Under the pieces are notes generated by a model. It did no database searches and was not told the DNA's origin. It saw only the letters and a program-made list of their open reading frames with translations. Positions 14,967-28,000 of a stretch of 64,000 nucleotides of DNA are shown piece by piece. Position 1 is the first letter of the stretch. Each line of letters starts with the position of its first letter. The position numbers were made by a program, and so were the translations under genes. Origin of the DNA: a virus; the IMG/VR virus record IMGVR_UViG_3300027782_000054, positions 31,175-95,174 of that record, one strand, 5' to 3'.

Positions 14967-15764
14967 ATGGCTAATACCGCCGCACAAACATACGTAGGAG
15001 CTACTGGTGTAACTGGTCCAGCTGGCGCTGCTGGTGCATCCGGTTCTACAACTTATGCAGGCAGTCTTGCCTCTTCATCTTCAGTTGCAGTTTCATCTGG
15101 AAATCAGACATATCTTCTGACTGGCACAACTGGAGTAACTACCGTTACAGGTGGCACAAGTGGTTCAATATTAACTCTCATCGCTTCAGGGCAAGCCACG
15201 GGCGTCTGTGTCGTTCTCAACCATGCGGCATCTACCAACAACCTGTCGCTGCGTGACTCCGCAAACCTAGGGATTTACGCTGGTGAGTCCGTCACGTTCG
15301 TGTACGACGGAACAAAGTGGGTTGAGATTGCCCGCGACCTTCGCAAAGTGCTGTCGTACAACTTTGCTGAAGCTTCCGGCAGTATTTCGTCAACGACCGT
15401 GGCTGGCGGAAACACGTTGGCTACAGCATCTTCGATTACGTTTGATGGTGCAACGCCCATTGTAATCACCCTCTACCTCTACTACTGGGCGACCGGTTCA
15501 ACAGCCGGTAGCGCGGTCTTTGCAAACCTGTGGGATGGCGCTACCGCAAAAAACCGAGTCGCGTACCTAAGTAACAGTGCGGTCGCTTCCGCGCAGTCCT
15601 TGACTCTGTTCACGCAGGTTCGGTTGACGCCTACGGCTGCGGCTCGCGCCTACTCAATTCGTGCTTTTCGCGCAACCTCAAACGGAGAATGGGGAACAAC
15701 CGATAATCCGAGCGCCACCGGCGATAACGGGCAGGGTTTCATTCGCATTGAGCGGGACATCTAA
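14967..15764 (+). CDS. Fibre-tip paralogue 1 (class A N-terminus)
   Basis: Shared core LSLRDSANLGIYAGESVTF.YDG..W.E..R plus variable C-terminal beta domain. Confidence 0.7.
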   Translation: MANTAAQTYVGATGVTGPAGAAGASGSTTYAGSLASSSSVAVSSGNQTYLLTGTTGVTTVTGGTSGSILTLIASGQATGVCVVLNHAASTNNLSLRDSANLGIYAGESVTFVYDGTKWVEIARDLRKVLSYNFAEASGSISSTTVAGGNTLATASSITFDGATPIVITLYLYYWATGSTAGSAVFANLWDGATAKNRVAYLSNSAVASAQSLTLFTQVRLTPTAAARAYSIRAFRATSNGEWGTTDNPSATGDNGQGFIRIERDI

Positions 15765-15836
15765 TGTCTCCGAACTTTTTCACTAGGTGTTTTTTTTGAT
15801 GCGTACGAGAAGTTTCCCGGCATTGGTATAGGCTAA
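15764..15836 (+). pseudogene. Deleted and frameshifted remnant of the 56-aa gene at 19464
   Basis: Encodes CFF/DAYEKFPGIGIG* versus CFPDAYDKYPGLGIG*; frame broken in a T run. Confidence 0.7.
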
Positions 15837-15913
15837 TTAATATTAATTTTGCCCAAAACCTTTATTTTTACTCTACAACCAAGAATAATATATAGAATGA
15901 ATGGATTAACACA

Positions 15914-16240
15914 ATGACTGATGTTGTCACTAAATTTTATCAGGGGTATCTAGCTCCTTCTGGAACCAATATTACAGGAGTAGCTCCTGCTGCCACAAAC
16001 TTTACTATTAAGCATATTGTATTTAGTAATGTAGGTACAGGAAGTGCTTCAATTGCTTGTGGATATAACAATATTGCCGTTTCTTCTAATTATATTATGC
16101 CAAGCGGCATTGTCATTGGTGCTGGAGAATGGGCAGAATCCACAGACATCTATGTTCTTAATGCTGGAGACTCATTATTTGCCGCAGCATCAGTCAGCGG
16201 TACAATTACCGCCACTGTCCATGGAATCACTAGTACCTAA
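15914..16240 (+). CDS. Small virion adaptor-like protein (paralogue of 36440)
   Basis: FYQGY.A.SGT...I..IV.SN...AGDSL.A...ITA.VHGIT shared with 36440. Confidence 0.65.
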   Translation: MTDVVTKFYQGYLAPSGTNITGVAPAATNFTIKHIVFSNVGTGSASIACGYNNIAVSSNYIMPSGIVIGAGEWAESTDIYVLNAGDSLFAAASVSGTITATVHGITST

Positions 16241-16257
16241 ACTAGGGCAGGAATCGT

Positions 16258-17055
16258 ATGGCCTGGAAATTCTTTAATAATAGTGGACAGCAGAAGATTA
16301 ATAGTCCTACATATGATTTTGCTACCGTTTCTTCAGCATCTTCTATTGCCATAGCAAACAATACCGTGAATTCAGTTACGGGGACAACAACTATCTCTTC
16401 TATGACTAATGGAGTGCCTGGAAGCATCGTTACTCTTCAAGCTTCGGGTCAGGCTAATGGTACATGTCTTATCTTAGCAAATGGAACTGGATCAAATAAT
16501 CTTTCATTAAGAGATAATCAAAATTTTGGTATTTACGCCGGTGAATCAGTTACTTTTCAATATAATGGTTTTAAGTGGGTTGAAGTTAATCGTAATATAA
16601 GAACTATTCTCCAAACAGTTAGAGTTACTACTGCAACAACAATTACTGCAACTACTTCAACTTCAGGAAACTCTGGTGGAACATTAATAGCTGACTTGGG
16701 CGCAATGTCATTTGATGGAACTACTCCAATGTCTCTTGAATATCATATTCCATATATATATTCAAGTTTAAATGTAAATGGAATTAGTCGTGTTTTATTT
16801 TGGCAAACTTCTCCTTCTAGCATCCAGATAAGTAGTTACTTTTTATATTACCAACCCGACAATGCAGGACAAGAGTATTTTTCAATGAAAAACTCTTATC
16901 GTTTTACTCCTTCAGCTGGATCTGCTACATATAGATTAACAGCTAATCGTGACAGCTCTGGAGTCAGTTCATCTGCTGCAGTGGCTGGAACTAATAATTC
17001 AGGAGGCCAATGCACAGGATACTTCAGAATTGCAAGATCTCTATCTTATGCTTAA
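16258..17055 (+). CDS. Fibre-tip paralogue 2 (class B, MAWKFF)
   Basis: Shared LSLRD.QNFGIYAGESVTFQY core. Confidence 0.7.
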   Translation: MAWKFFNNSGQQKINSPTYDFATVSSASSIAIANNTVNSVTGTTTISSMTNGVPGSIVTLQASGQANGTCLILANGTGSNNLSLRDNQNFGIYAGESVTFQYNGFKWVEVNRNIRTILQTVRVTTATTITATTSTSGNSGGTLIADLGAMSFDGTTPMSLEYHIPYIYSSLNVNGISRVLFWQTSPSSIQISSYFLYYQPDNAGQEYFSMKNSYRFTPSAGSATYRLTANRDSSGVSSSAAVAGTNNSGGQCTGYFRIARSLSYA

Positions 17056-17073
17056 ATATTAAGGATTATCAAT

Positions 17074-17853
17074 ATGGCATGGAATTTTTTTACAAATAAT
17101 GGATCTACCAAATATAATTCAGGTGGGAATAGTCCTATTGTCGTAGCATCTGCTGCCTCTATTTCAATAACTAGCAATACTGTGAATTATATTACAGGGA
17201 CAACATCTATAAGCTCTATGACTGGTGTAGCGCCAGGGGACACCGTAACTCTTTCTGCTTCCGGTCAAGCAACTGGTGGCTGTCTTATCCTAGTGCATGG
17301 AACCGGATCAAATAACCTTTCTCTTAGAGACTTGGCAAATTTCGGTATATATAATGGCGAATCGGTTACCTTCCAATACACAGGCTCATATTGGGTTGAA
17401 ATCAATCGTAATGTAAAAGAGATTATTAACTATAAATCTATTACAGCAGATACTTCTGTGACAACTTCATATAGCGAGACTTTTGCGGGTGTTTTCAATG
17501 TAGCCACAACGGACAATATAACATACGATGGAGTCACTTATGTTGATATTGAAATGTATCTATCAGATCTTTATTCCCTTCTTATTAATGCAAATTTGTA
17601 TCTTACCTTATGGGAAGTCAATAGCCAAACAGCAATTGGAAGAATAGCTAGGTATTCTGATCCTAGTAGCGCTGGTAATTTTCATAGACCTGGACATGGA
17701 AGAATTAGATTACAGCCTGGATCCGGAACATCTGGTGCATATCAGTATAAATTAGGCGCTAATTCCGTAACTGCCGCAACAACAATTGGAGGCGCTACTT
17801 ATGCAGGTTCATACCTAAGAGTAGTAAGATCTCCCGCATCCATTTCTTCATAA
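17074..17853 (+). CDS. Fibre-tip paralogue 3 (class B)
   Basis: Shared core motif. Confidence 0.7.
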   Translation: MAWNFFTNNGSTKYNSGGNSPIVVASAASISITSNTVNYITGTTSISSMTGVAPGDTVTLSASGQATGGCLILVHGTGSNNLSLRDLANFGIYNGESVTFQYTGSYWVEINRNVKEIINYKSITADTSVTTSYSETFAGVFNVATTDNITYDGVTYVDIEMYLSDLYSLLINANLYLTLWEVNSQTAIGRIARYSDPSSAGNFHRPGHGRIRLQPGSGTSGAYQYKLGANSVTAATTIGGATYAGSYLRVVRSPASISS

Positions 17854-17872
17854 AAAATTAGAAAGATACATT

Positions 17873-18652
17873 ATGTCTTGGAATTTATTTACAAACTACG
17901 GATCTATTAAGAAAAACACAACAAAACAGACAACTGGAGTTGCCACAGTAGCTTCTGCGTCGTCTATTGCTGTAACCAATAACGCCATTAACTATATTAC
18001 AGGTACAACAGGTATTACCAATATGACCGGAGGAGTACTAGGAGGCATAGTTACCCTTATAGCATCCAATCAAGCCGCTGGAGCTTGTGTTGTTTTAAAT
18101 CATGGTACATCAACAAACAATCTTTCTCTTAGAGATTCTATAAATCTAGGTATATATGCCGGTGAATCAGTGACTTTTCAATACAACGGTTCATATTGGG
18201 TTGAAATTAACCGTAATTTAAGAACTATCATTGAGAATAAAGCTACTACATCTGCTATTACAACCATTACAACAACTGATACCTCATCATCTACATTGTT
18301 TGCTTCAACAAGCAGCATAACATATGATGGTGCAACATATATTACTCTTGAAGTTTTTGCCCCAACTTGTGCGCCTCCAGCTATAGCCGGTAATTACGTT
18401 ATTGCTACTGTTTATGATGGAAGTACAAATACAGGCTATATGGTCGAACGAAAAACATGTGCCAGTGGTGCAGATTATGCTTCATTTACTGGAATTTCGA
18501 CAATAAGACCTACAGCAGGCGCTCATACATACAATGTAAGACTGTGGCAAACAGTAAATGGTGGGAACGTAACCTCTGGTGTCGGTGGTGCAGGTGCTTA
18601 TGTAAATGGAGGGATAAGAGTTAGTAGACTTTTATCTGGATATACAAATTAA
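17873..18652 (+). CDS. Fibre-tip paralogue 4 (class B)
   Basis: Shared core motif. Confidence 0.7.
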   Translation: MSWNLFTNYGSIKKNTTKQTTGVATVASASSIAVTNNAINYITGTTGITNMTGGVLGGIVTLIASNQAAGACVVLNHGTSTNNLSLRDSINLGIYAGESVTFQYNGSYWVEINRNLRTIIENKATTSAITTITTTDTSSSTLFASTSSITYDGATYITLEVFAPTCAPPAIAGNYVIATVYDGSTNTGYMVERKTCASGADYASFTGISTIRPTAGAHTYNVRLWQTVNGGNVTSGVGGAGAYVNGGIRVSRLLSGYTN

Positions 18653-18708
18653 ACTTATATTTCAAGAACAACTGTCTTATAATAAGAGAAATGAGGATAG
18701 CATAAGCA

Positions 18709-19464
18709 ATGGCATGGAATTTATTCACTAATACTGGTAGTCAAAAGACTAGTGGTACTGTTACTGCTGGTGTTTCTACAATAGCCTCTGCATCAAGCAT
18801 TGCTATCACTAATAATTCCATTCATCTTATTACCGGTACAACTGGTATTAGTGCAATGACTGGTGGAGTTCTTGGTAGTTATGTAACACTTGTTGCAAGC
18901 GGACAGGCTACTGGTGTGTGTGTTGTTCTTAACAACGGAACTACGTCCAATGCTTTGAGTTTGCGTGACTCCGCTAATCTTGGCATTTATGCGGGTGAGA
19001 GCGTGACGTTCATGTATGACGGAACGAAATGGGTCGAGATCGGCCGCGACCTTCGCAGCGTCCTCGACTACGTGCAAGGCACCTCGAACACAAACATCAC
19101 TGCCACAACGGCCGGTACCGCTAACACCATTGTGACCGCCACAGCGTTTACATCAGACGGCGCAACACCAGTCGATATCACCTATTTTGCCGCAGCCATT
19201 GACACCCCTAACGTCGTAAACGGCACCGTTAGTCTGATCCTGTACGAAGACGGCACGAACCGCGGACGCATCGGGGACTCCCCGGGCATTCAGAACACCC
19301 GTTTTGGCTTCGGCACATATGTGACTCGGCTTACACCGGCATCTGGTTCTCGCACTTATTCAATGCGCGGATATGTTAACGGTGGTACTGGCGTGATTCA
19401 GGCCGGTGCAGGCACAACGACGACCTACACGCCGACGTACATCAAGATCAGCAGGGCGCTCTAA
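18709..19464 (+). CDS. Fibre-tip paralogue 5 (class B)
   Basis: Shared core motif; GC-rich 3' half. Confidence 0.7.
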   Translation: MAWNLFTNTGSQKTSGTVTAGVSTIASASSIAITNNSIHLITGTTGISAMTGGVLGSYVTLVASGQATGVCVVLNNGTTSNALSLRDSANLGIYAGESVTFMYDGTKWVEIGRDLRSVLDYVQGTSNTNITATTAGTANTIVTATAFTSDGATPVDITYFAAAIDTPNVVNGTVSLILYEDGTNRGRIGDSPGIQNTRFGFGTYVTRLTPASGSRTYSMRGYVNGGTGVIQAGAGTTTTYTPTYIKISRAL

Positions 19465-19634
19465 TGCAACTAGTCATCAAAACAGACACAACGTATAACG
19501 AAGACAGGACTGTTAATACTCAAGGCAAGTGGTGGTATGAACATCCGGATGGTTTTGTATCGGATCAATTCGATAGCAGGGACGAATGCTTCCCTGATGC
19601 TTATGATAAGTATCCTGGTCTTGGTATAGGGTAA
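19464..19634 (+). CDS. Small protein (56 aa, not in ORF track) coupled to tip paralogue 5
   Basis: TAATG overlap; MQLVIKTDTTYNEDRTVNTQGKWWYEHPDG...YPGLGIG*. Confidence 0.65.
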   Translation: MQLVIKTDTTYNEDRTVNTQGKWWYEHPDGFVSDQFDSRDECFPDAYDKYPGLGIG

Positions 19635-19690
19635 CTGGTCTTATATTGATAAAATAACTTCCTCATAATAAGAGGAATGGGAATAATATA

Positions 19691-20473
19691 ATGACTAGTA
19701 GCTCTGAACAGACTTATATGGGTCCTGCTGGTCCTAGTGGCGCAGCTGCTCCCTATGGAATATCCACAATAGCTTCTGCGTCTACAGTAGCCATTACGTC
19801 TGGATATACACATCTTATCACTGGCGTAGTCCCCATTACTAAAATGACTGGTGGTATCCAAGGGTATACAGTGACCTTGGTCGCTTCTGCTCAATCATCT
19901 GGAATTTGTATTATCATTACCAATGGTGATGGTTTTACACAAGACACACTTAGTTTAGTTGGATCAAGATCACTTGGTCTTTATGCTGGCGAGTCTATTA
20001 CTTTTCAATATGATGGTGGATCATGGAATGAAGTCGGGAGAAATCTAAAAGATATATTAGATTTTCAATCAATATCTTCGACAGTGCCTTTCACTGGTGG
20101 ACAGTTCTCTATAGCACAACTCGTAATAGCACATAATGCTATCACGTTTGATGGTGCGACTCCTATTGAAATTAAGTTTCATTGTCCAGCAATTACCGCT
20201 CAAAAACCCTATGGTAGCGATGGTATATCAATACAGATATGGGCAGGAACGGTCTATACTGCGGATATTGGATACATGGGAAAAGGAAATATCCAAAGTT
20301 CTAGTTACATTGGATCATACTCTCGATACTTTATTCCTCCTCACTCATCAGTACAATATACCATTAGAGTTTTGGGAACTGTTGAAAGTCCAGGTTCAAA
20401 TTATATTCAAGCAGGAAATAGTAGTTCAGGTAATTATGGAAATGCTTACTCAGTAATAAGAAGAGCGATTTAG
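19691..20473 (+). CDS. Fibre-tip paralogue 6 (class A)
   Basis: QTYMGPAGPSG N-terminus; LGLYAGESITFQYDG..W.E.GR core. Confidence 0.7.
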   Translation: MTSSSEQTYMGPAGPSGAAAPYGISTIASASTVAITSGYTHLITGVVPITKMTGGIQGYTVTLVASAQSSGICIIITNGDGFTQDTLSLVGSRSLGLYAGESITFQYDGGSWNEVGRNLKDILDFQSISSTVPFTGGQFSIAQLVIAHNAITFDGATPIEIKFHCPAITAQKPYGSDGISIQIWAGTVYTADIGYMGKGNIQSSSYIGSYSRYFIPPHSSVQYTIRVLGTVESPGSNYIQAGNSSSGNYGNAYSVIRRAI

Positions 20474-20481
20474 GATATACA

Positions 20482-21264
20482 ATGACAAGTAGTATTTCAC
20501 AAGTATATATAGGAACAATGGGACAAACTGGACCCACTGGTCCTACTCATAATTCAGGATCTATTCATATATATTCAGATTCTTCTATTGCAATAACCCC
20601 CTACTCCACAAACTATATACAGCTTGGGGATAATCAGATTATCCAATCCATGACAGGGGGATCACCTGGGGATATTATAAATATAAAATCAGATGTATTC
20701 CCTCCTCCTGACATCCCCGGAAAAACTTATCTTACTCTGCAGAATGGCGTTGGATCAAATAGCCTTTTATTGAGAGATTCTAAGGATGTTAGTCTTTATA
20801 TTGATGATTCAGTAATGTTTCAGAATGATGGAACTCAATGGATTGAAATAAGTCGCAATATTCAAAAAGTATTGTCTCATCAATCATCATCTTCTTCAAA
20901 AACTATCAATCATAATACTGAGGCCACTGCTAGTCTAGCCCTTACTCATGATCAATTTGAGTTTGATGGATCTACTGCAATAGAAATTATGTACTTTATG
21001 CCTAAACTTGACTTAGCCGACACAAGCTTTTCTGTAATATTATTTGACAATGGTTCTTCTGTAGGCAAAATGGGATATTCAAATATTACGGCAACTTACC
21101 CATCTTCTGTTTCACAACTTTTAACACCGACATCTGGAAGCCATGAATATAGTATTAGATTATTGAATTCAGGAAGCAATCCAACGACTATATCTGCAGG
21201 CGCTGGTACTTCATCAGGGTCTAATCCAGGCCCAATGTATTCAATAATGAGAAGGATATCGTAA
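20482..21264 (+). CDS. Fibre-tip paralogue 7 (class A, divergent)
   Basis: QVYIGTMGQTGPTG N-terminus; LLLRDSKDVSLYIDDSVMFQNDG..W.E core. Confidence 0.7.
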   Translation: MTSSISQVYIGTMGQTGPTGPTHNSGSIHIYSDSSIAITPYSTNYIQLGDNQIIQSMTGGSPGDIINIKSDVFPPPDIPGKTYLTLQNGVGSNSLLLRDSKDVSLYIDDSVMFQNDGTQWIEISRNIQKVLSHQSSSSSKTINHNTEATASLALTHDQFEFDGSTAIEIMYFMPKLDLADTSFSVILFDNGSSVGKMGYSNITATYPSSVSQLLTPTSGSHEYSIRLLNSGSNPTTISAGAGTSSGSNPGPMYSIMRRIS

Positions 21265-22007
21265 TGGCTAGTAGCTCTCTACAAGTATATCCTGGCCCTA
21301 CTGGTGCTACTGGAGCAGCTATACCCGCTAGTATTTCAACCATAGCCTCTAGTGGCTCTATTGCAATTACTCCAGACTATACTCATTTAATTACTGGAAC
21401 AAATACAATAAGCACGATGACTGGTGGAACTACTGGATCAACCGTTATTCTCATTGCTTCTGAAAGTGACATACTTATACTAAGTCATGATACTGGGTCA
21501 GATAATTTAAAACTAAGAGACAGTAAGAATTTTGGCATCTATTCTGGTGAATCTGTGACTTTCCAATATGATGGCACAAAATGGATAGAAGTTGGTCGTA
21601 ATACCAGATCAATCCTTAGCTACAAATCTACTCAATCTGCTATTACTGTCAGTGGAACATCTGAAGCTACTGCTGTATCTCTCTTTAGCCATGACTCTAT
21701 CCCTTGCGATGGAGTAACTCTAGTCCAAATTGAATTTAGTTGCAACGCATTGACATCCAGTACGTCTAGTGATACATATTTTGTACTTTTTGAAGACGGA
21801 GTATCAAAAGGATTCATAGGAGTAAGCACCATGGACTCAGTATCATACCCGATAACAACTTCTAGAATATTCACACCTTCATCTGGAAATCATCAATATT
21901 CTATAAAAGCCTATAGAACTACTGGGAACAATACTATCCAGGCTGGCAATGGAACATCGGGAAATTACAGCGCTGCATATTCTATAATTACAAGAGTTTT
22001 CAGGTAA
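21264..22007 (+). CDS. Fibre-tip paralogue 8 (class A)
   Basis: QVYPGPTGATG N-terminus; LRDSKNFGIYSGESVTFQYDG core. Confidence 0.7.
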   Translation: MASSSLQVYPGPTGATGAAIPASISTIASSGSIAITPDYTHLITGTNTISTMTGGTTGSTVILIASESDILILSHDTGSDNLKLRDSKNFGIYSGESVTFQYDGTKWIEVGRNTRSILSYKSTQSAITVSGTSEATAVSLFSHDSIPCDGVTLVQIEFSCNALTSSTSSDTYFVLFEDGVSKGFIGVSTMDSVSYPITTSRIFTPSSGNHQYSIKAYRTTGNNTIQAGNGTSGNYSAAYSIITRVFR

Positions 22008-22049
22008 CAAGACTTACATTTAAGCAGTAACTTTGTATTAATATTAGAT

Positions 22050-23885
<1,836 letters not shown>

Positions 23886-23938
23886 CCTAATTAATTATTT
23901 TATGCTATAATATATTTAATTATTATAGGATATCAAAT

Positions 23939-24991
23939 ATGAGACTACACCTTGTTGCAATGCCCCATACTAAAGTAACCGCAGAGTTTTGCGGTTGTGC
24001 ATATACGGCGAAGGCATTGAAGTTCTGCAAAATGATGACTGCTATTGGTCATGAAGTTATTCTTTACGCGCCCGAAGGCAGCGATGAGACTTATGCCAAA
24101 CTAGTAGTTTGTCTTACAAATGAAGAGCGCATTGGCATCTTTGGTGAAGATGATTCATCAAGACTTCCTGCGTGGCCTAATGATGATGAGTGGAGGCTCT
24201 TTAATCAAAGAGCCATTGAGGGTATCAAGGAAAACGCAGATCCTCACGATCTTGTTCTTCTAGCATCTGGTTGGTCACAAAAGGCTATCCAAGATGCTCT
24301 TCCTGATCTTCTTTATTGTGAGCCAGGAGTAGGATATGAAGGTATCTTAACCTCAAGATGTGCATTTGAATCATATGCCTGGATGCATCATATCTATGGC
24401 AAAGCCAATATCAATGATGGTAGATGGTATGACGCTGTAATTCCAAATTACTTTGATATGGCCGATTTCCCCACTATTGGAGAAGGAAAAGGCGGTTACC
24501 TAGCTTACCTAGGCAGACTTATTCATCGTAAGGGTGTAGAAACTGCTGCTCAAATAGCCAAAGATATGGGTATGCCATTAAAGATTGCTGGTGCAGGTCA
24601 TATGAATCTACCTGGAGATGTTGAATTTATTGGTCCAGTAAATGTGCAACAAAGGGCCGAATTCCTTGGTGGAGCAGTCGCTCTACTTACTCCAACCTAT
24701 TATATTGAGCCATTTGGCGGTGTAGCCATTGAAGGAATGATGTCTGGAACACCTGTAATCACCACAGATTGGGGTGCTTTTAGCGAAACAGTCAAGAATG
24801 ACGTAAGCGGATACCGTTTCAGACTGCTCCGTGAGGCCATAGAAGGCGTTGAGAAGGCTGCAAGCCTTGATCGCAATGCTGTGCGTCAGTATGCAATAGA
24901 TAACTATTCACTAGAAGCCGTAGGACCCATGTTTGATAAATGGTTTAATAACCTTCAAACACTCTGGGGCGATGGCTGGTATGCTAAATAA
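23939..24991 (+). CDS. Glycosyltransferase family 4 (GT-B)
   Basis: YLGRLIHRKG and EPFGGVAIEGMMSGTPVITTDWGAFSE motifs; upstream TGCTATAAT at 23903-23911. Confidence 0.9.
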   Translation: MRLHLVAMPHTKVTAEFCGCAYTAKALKFCKMMTAIGHEVILYAPEGSDETYAKLVVCLTNEERIGIFGEDDSSRLPAWPNDDEWRLFNQRAIEGIKENADPHDLVLLASGWSQKAIQDALPDLLYCEPGVGYEGILTSRCAFESYAWMHHIYGKANINDGRWYDAVIPNYFDMADFPTIGEGKGGYLAYLGRLIHRKGVETAAQIAKDMGMPLKIAGAGHMNLPGDVEFIGPVNVQQRAEFLGGAVALLTPTYYIEPFGGVAIEGMMSGTPVITTDWGAFSETVKNDVSGYRFRLLREAIEGVEKAASLDRNAVRQYAIDNYSLEAVGPMFDKWFNNLQTLWGDGWYAK

Positions 24992-25060
24992 AAAAGTCAA
25001 TGCACAAAATAAGGTAAAAACTCTAGCATAATCTGTAGATAGTTCATAGATAGGCAATAG

Positions 25061-28000
25061 ATGGAATTTTACCCACTAGGCGACGACTCTTTAGGTACAG
25101 ACGGCAGTGTTCAGCATGATATCCCCCTTGAGACTTCTGTTTCTACTTCTGTTAGGGAAAATAAAAAAGCATATGTTCTATTGGTGTCTGCTACGCAGAA
25201 TGTTCTTTCGTTCCTTTATATCCTAAAAGCTGTGATCCTTGCTGCATCTATTCTCACCTCTATTCCTAATGCGATAGGAAAAGCAATTGCCAAGCGCATT
25301 CCATTTATTCAGAGTCCCTCATTTGCATTTAGTCATGCAATTCAATTATTTATCGGCAAGATCACTGCTCTTACTCAATCATCTCTTGCTACCACAATAG
25401 TCCATGAGCTTAAGACCATTGCTATCATAGTAGCCGACTCTGCAAATCTTACAAAAAATATCCTCTTTAATCGCTTAGTAAGTCAATCTGCCAATATTGC
25501 TCGTACAAATGCCATAGCCAAGACAATCTTGGCTACGCAAGGCTTGTTCATTGCTGTTATTAAGGCTATCGCACTAACTATTGCTTCAAGTGTGACAACT
25601 ACAGTCAATGTTGCCAAAGATCATATTCAGCATCTTAAGGCCATCGCTGCTTCTGTACTTGGAACAGCATCTCTACTTAAGAATATTGGGTTCAATAGAT
25701 CTGCTTCACAAAGCTCAAATCTATCCCGCAATAACCTTATCTCTAGAACTATTTCAGCTGCACAAAGCGCGTCATTTGGACTTGGAAGAGGCATCCAGTT
25801 CTTTATCGGGAAGTTTGTAGTTGCAACTCAATCTTCAGTCGTAACAAAAACGGTCAAAGATCTGAAAACTATTGCAGCTTCTGTGGTAGCATCAGCCTCA
25901 ATCTCTAAGGCTATCTCATTCGCTAGATCCATTACCCAGTCTTCAAATCTAAGTGCTGCAAAAGCCTTTAGTCAACTTATCTCTGTTGTTCAATCTACTA
26001 ACTATGCCCTTGCCAAGGGTTTCCAAATGCTTGTCGGCAAGTTTGTTATCTTCACTCAAGCTTCAGTTATTAGAAAAGCAGTTAAAGAGCTAAAGACAAT
26101 CTCTGCCATAGTAGCTGATTCTGTCAATATTGCTAAACTTATCTCATTCAAGAGATTAGCGGGTGCTGTTAATTCAGGTTTCCTAGCTAAAGAAACATCT
26201 CTCGTTCGTCGCGTAACACAGTCCTCTTCCTATGGATTCACCAGAGGGTTCCGCATGGCTATTGGCAAGTTTATTGTAAGTACAGTTGGCTCTGTCATTA
26301 GGAAAACAGTCCAAGAGCTTAAAACGATCTCTGCCACTGTGTCAGACTCTGTCACTCTTTCTAAGGCTAAGTCACTTACTCTGGCGATTCTGCAGTCATC
26401 CAGTCTCTCTCCGACTAAGGCTATTGGTAAATTTGTATCTGCTTCTCAAGGAGCAGCTTATGGATTTACCAAGGGTTTCCAGATGGTGGTTGGAAAGATT
26501 ATTATTGCCACGGATGCTTCTGTTGTCCGCAAAGCAGTACAAGAACTTAAGACCATTTCAGCTACAGCATTAAGTTCTGTCAGTGTACTTAAGAACATCC
26601 TATTTAATAGAACGGCTTCCCAGTCTGCTACATCTACATTAACAAAGTTTATATCAAAAACAATAATTGTCTCACAAAGCATTGTTGCTTATATAACCAA
26701 GGCTATCAATAAGCTCATTCAGGGTATTAATGTTGCAACACAAGTATCAGTCAATTCAGACATTATTCTTCACCTGAAGGCCATCTCTGTTGCAGTTGCA
26801 AACTCAGCATCTCTAATGAAGGCAATCTTATTCAATAGACTTGCTACTCAATCAGAAAGCCTCGCACAAAATAAATTCATTGCAAAGACAACCTCTTCCA
26901 TTCAGTCTTTATCTTACGGCTTTGTAAAAGGATTCCAGATGGTGGTTGGAAAGATTATTGTCGATGCACAGGCTTCAGTTATTCGCAGAACAGTACAGGA
27001 ACTTAAGTTTATCTCTGCAGCTGTAGCCAACTCAGCCACAATAGCCAAGAGCGTTCTATTTAATAGGATCGCCACTCAATCATCAACTGTCTTCATCGCC
27101 AAGGCTATAAGTAAAACTATTGCATTCGCTCAAAGCCTTATCTTTGTCTTTACTAGAGGAATGCAACTCTTTGTCAGCAAGACTATAGTTGATGTATCTG
27201 CCTCAGTCGTAAGAAGATCTATTAGTGAACTTAAGGCTATCTCAGCGACAGTATCTAACTCAGTCAATCTTATGAAGAGTGTTCTTTTCAATCGCATAAT
27301 TGTACAGTCATCTACTTCTCGTCTAACAAAGGCAATCTCTAGATTTGTTGATTTTGCTCAAGCAGCAACTGTTGCTCTAACAAACAATAGAGCTATATAC
27401 CAAACTATATCTACACAAGTATCATCTTCAATAGCTCGCATTATTGATGTCTCTAAGGGTGTCGCCTCTAGCGTAGCCACCTACTCAATGCCATTCAAGG
27501 CGATAACTCTTGATATTGCCAAGATCATCTCTGCTTCAGTCGTGACTGTTGCCAAGGACAACATAAGAGAATTTAAGATGATTGCAATATCTGTAGCTAA
27601 CTCAGTTTCAATAGCGAAGGCAATTGTATTTAATCGGTTTGTAAATCAATCAAGCAGTTTAACGAGAAATGTTGCTATTAATAAAGCCGTATCAATTTCT
27701 CAGAGCATAGCGTTCACCTTCGCAAAGGGCGTTCAAATTGCTGTTGGTAAAATCATCGTTGCAATCCAGGCTTCTGTAGCAAGGATGACTGTTCAGGAGC
27801 TTAAAGCAATTGCCGCTTCAGTCTCTAACTCAGTAAGTGTTGCAAAGTCCACCGTGTATGCAATACAATTGTTGCAAAGCTCTAGTTTAAACCTCACAAA
27901 GTTTATCTCTAAAGCTGTTTCCGCCGGACAAGCAATATTCTTTGTCTTCGCCAAGGGCGTACAAATCCTCGTTGGAAAGACAATAGTCGCGTCTGTAGGC

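Noticed and set aside
14967-22007. Diversity-generating retroelement or shufflon as the explanation for the tip array
   Set aside because: No reverse transcriptase or recombinase in the window, no near-identical TR/VR pair differing at adenines, no inverted sites, and each gene has its own start on the same strand.
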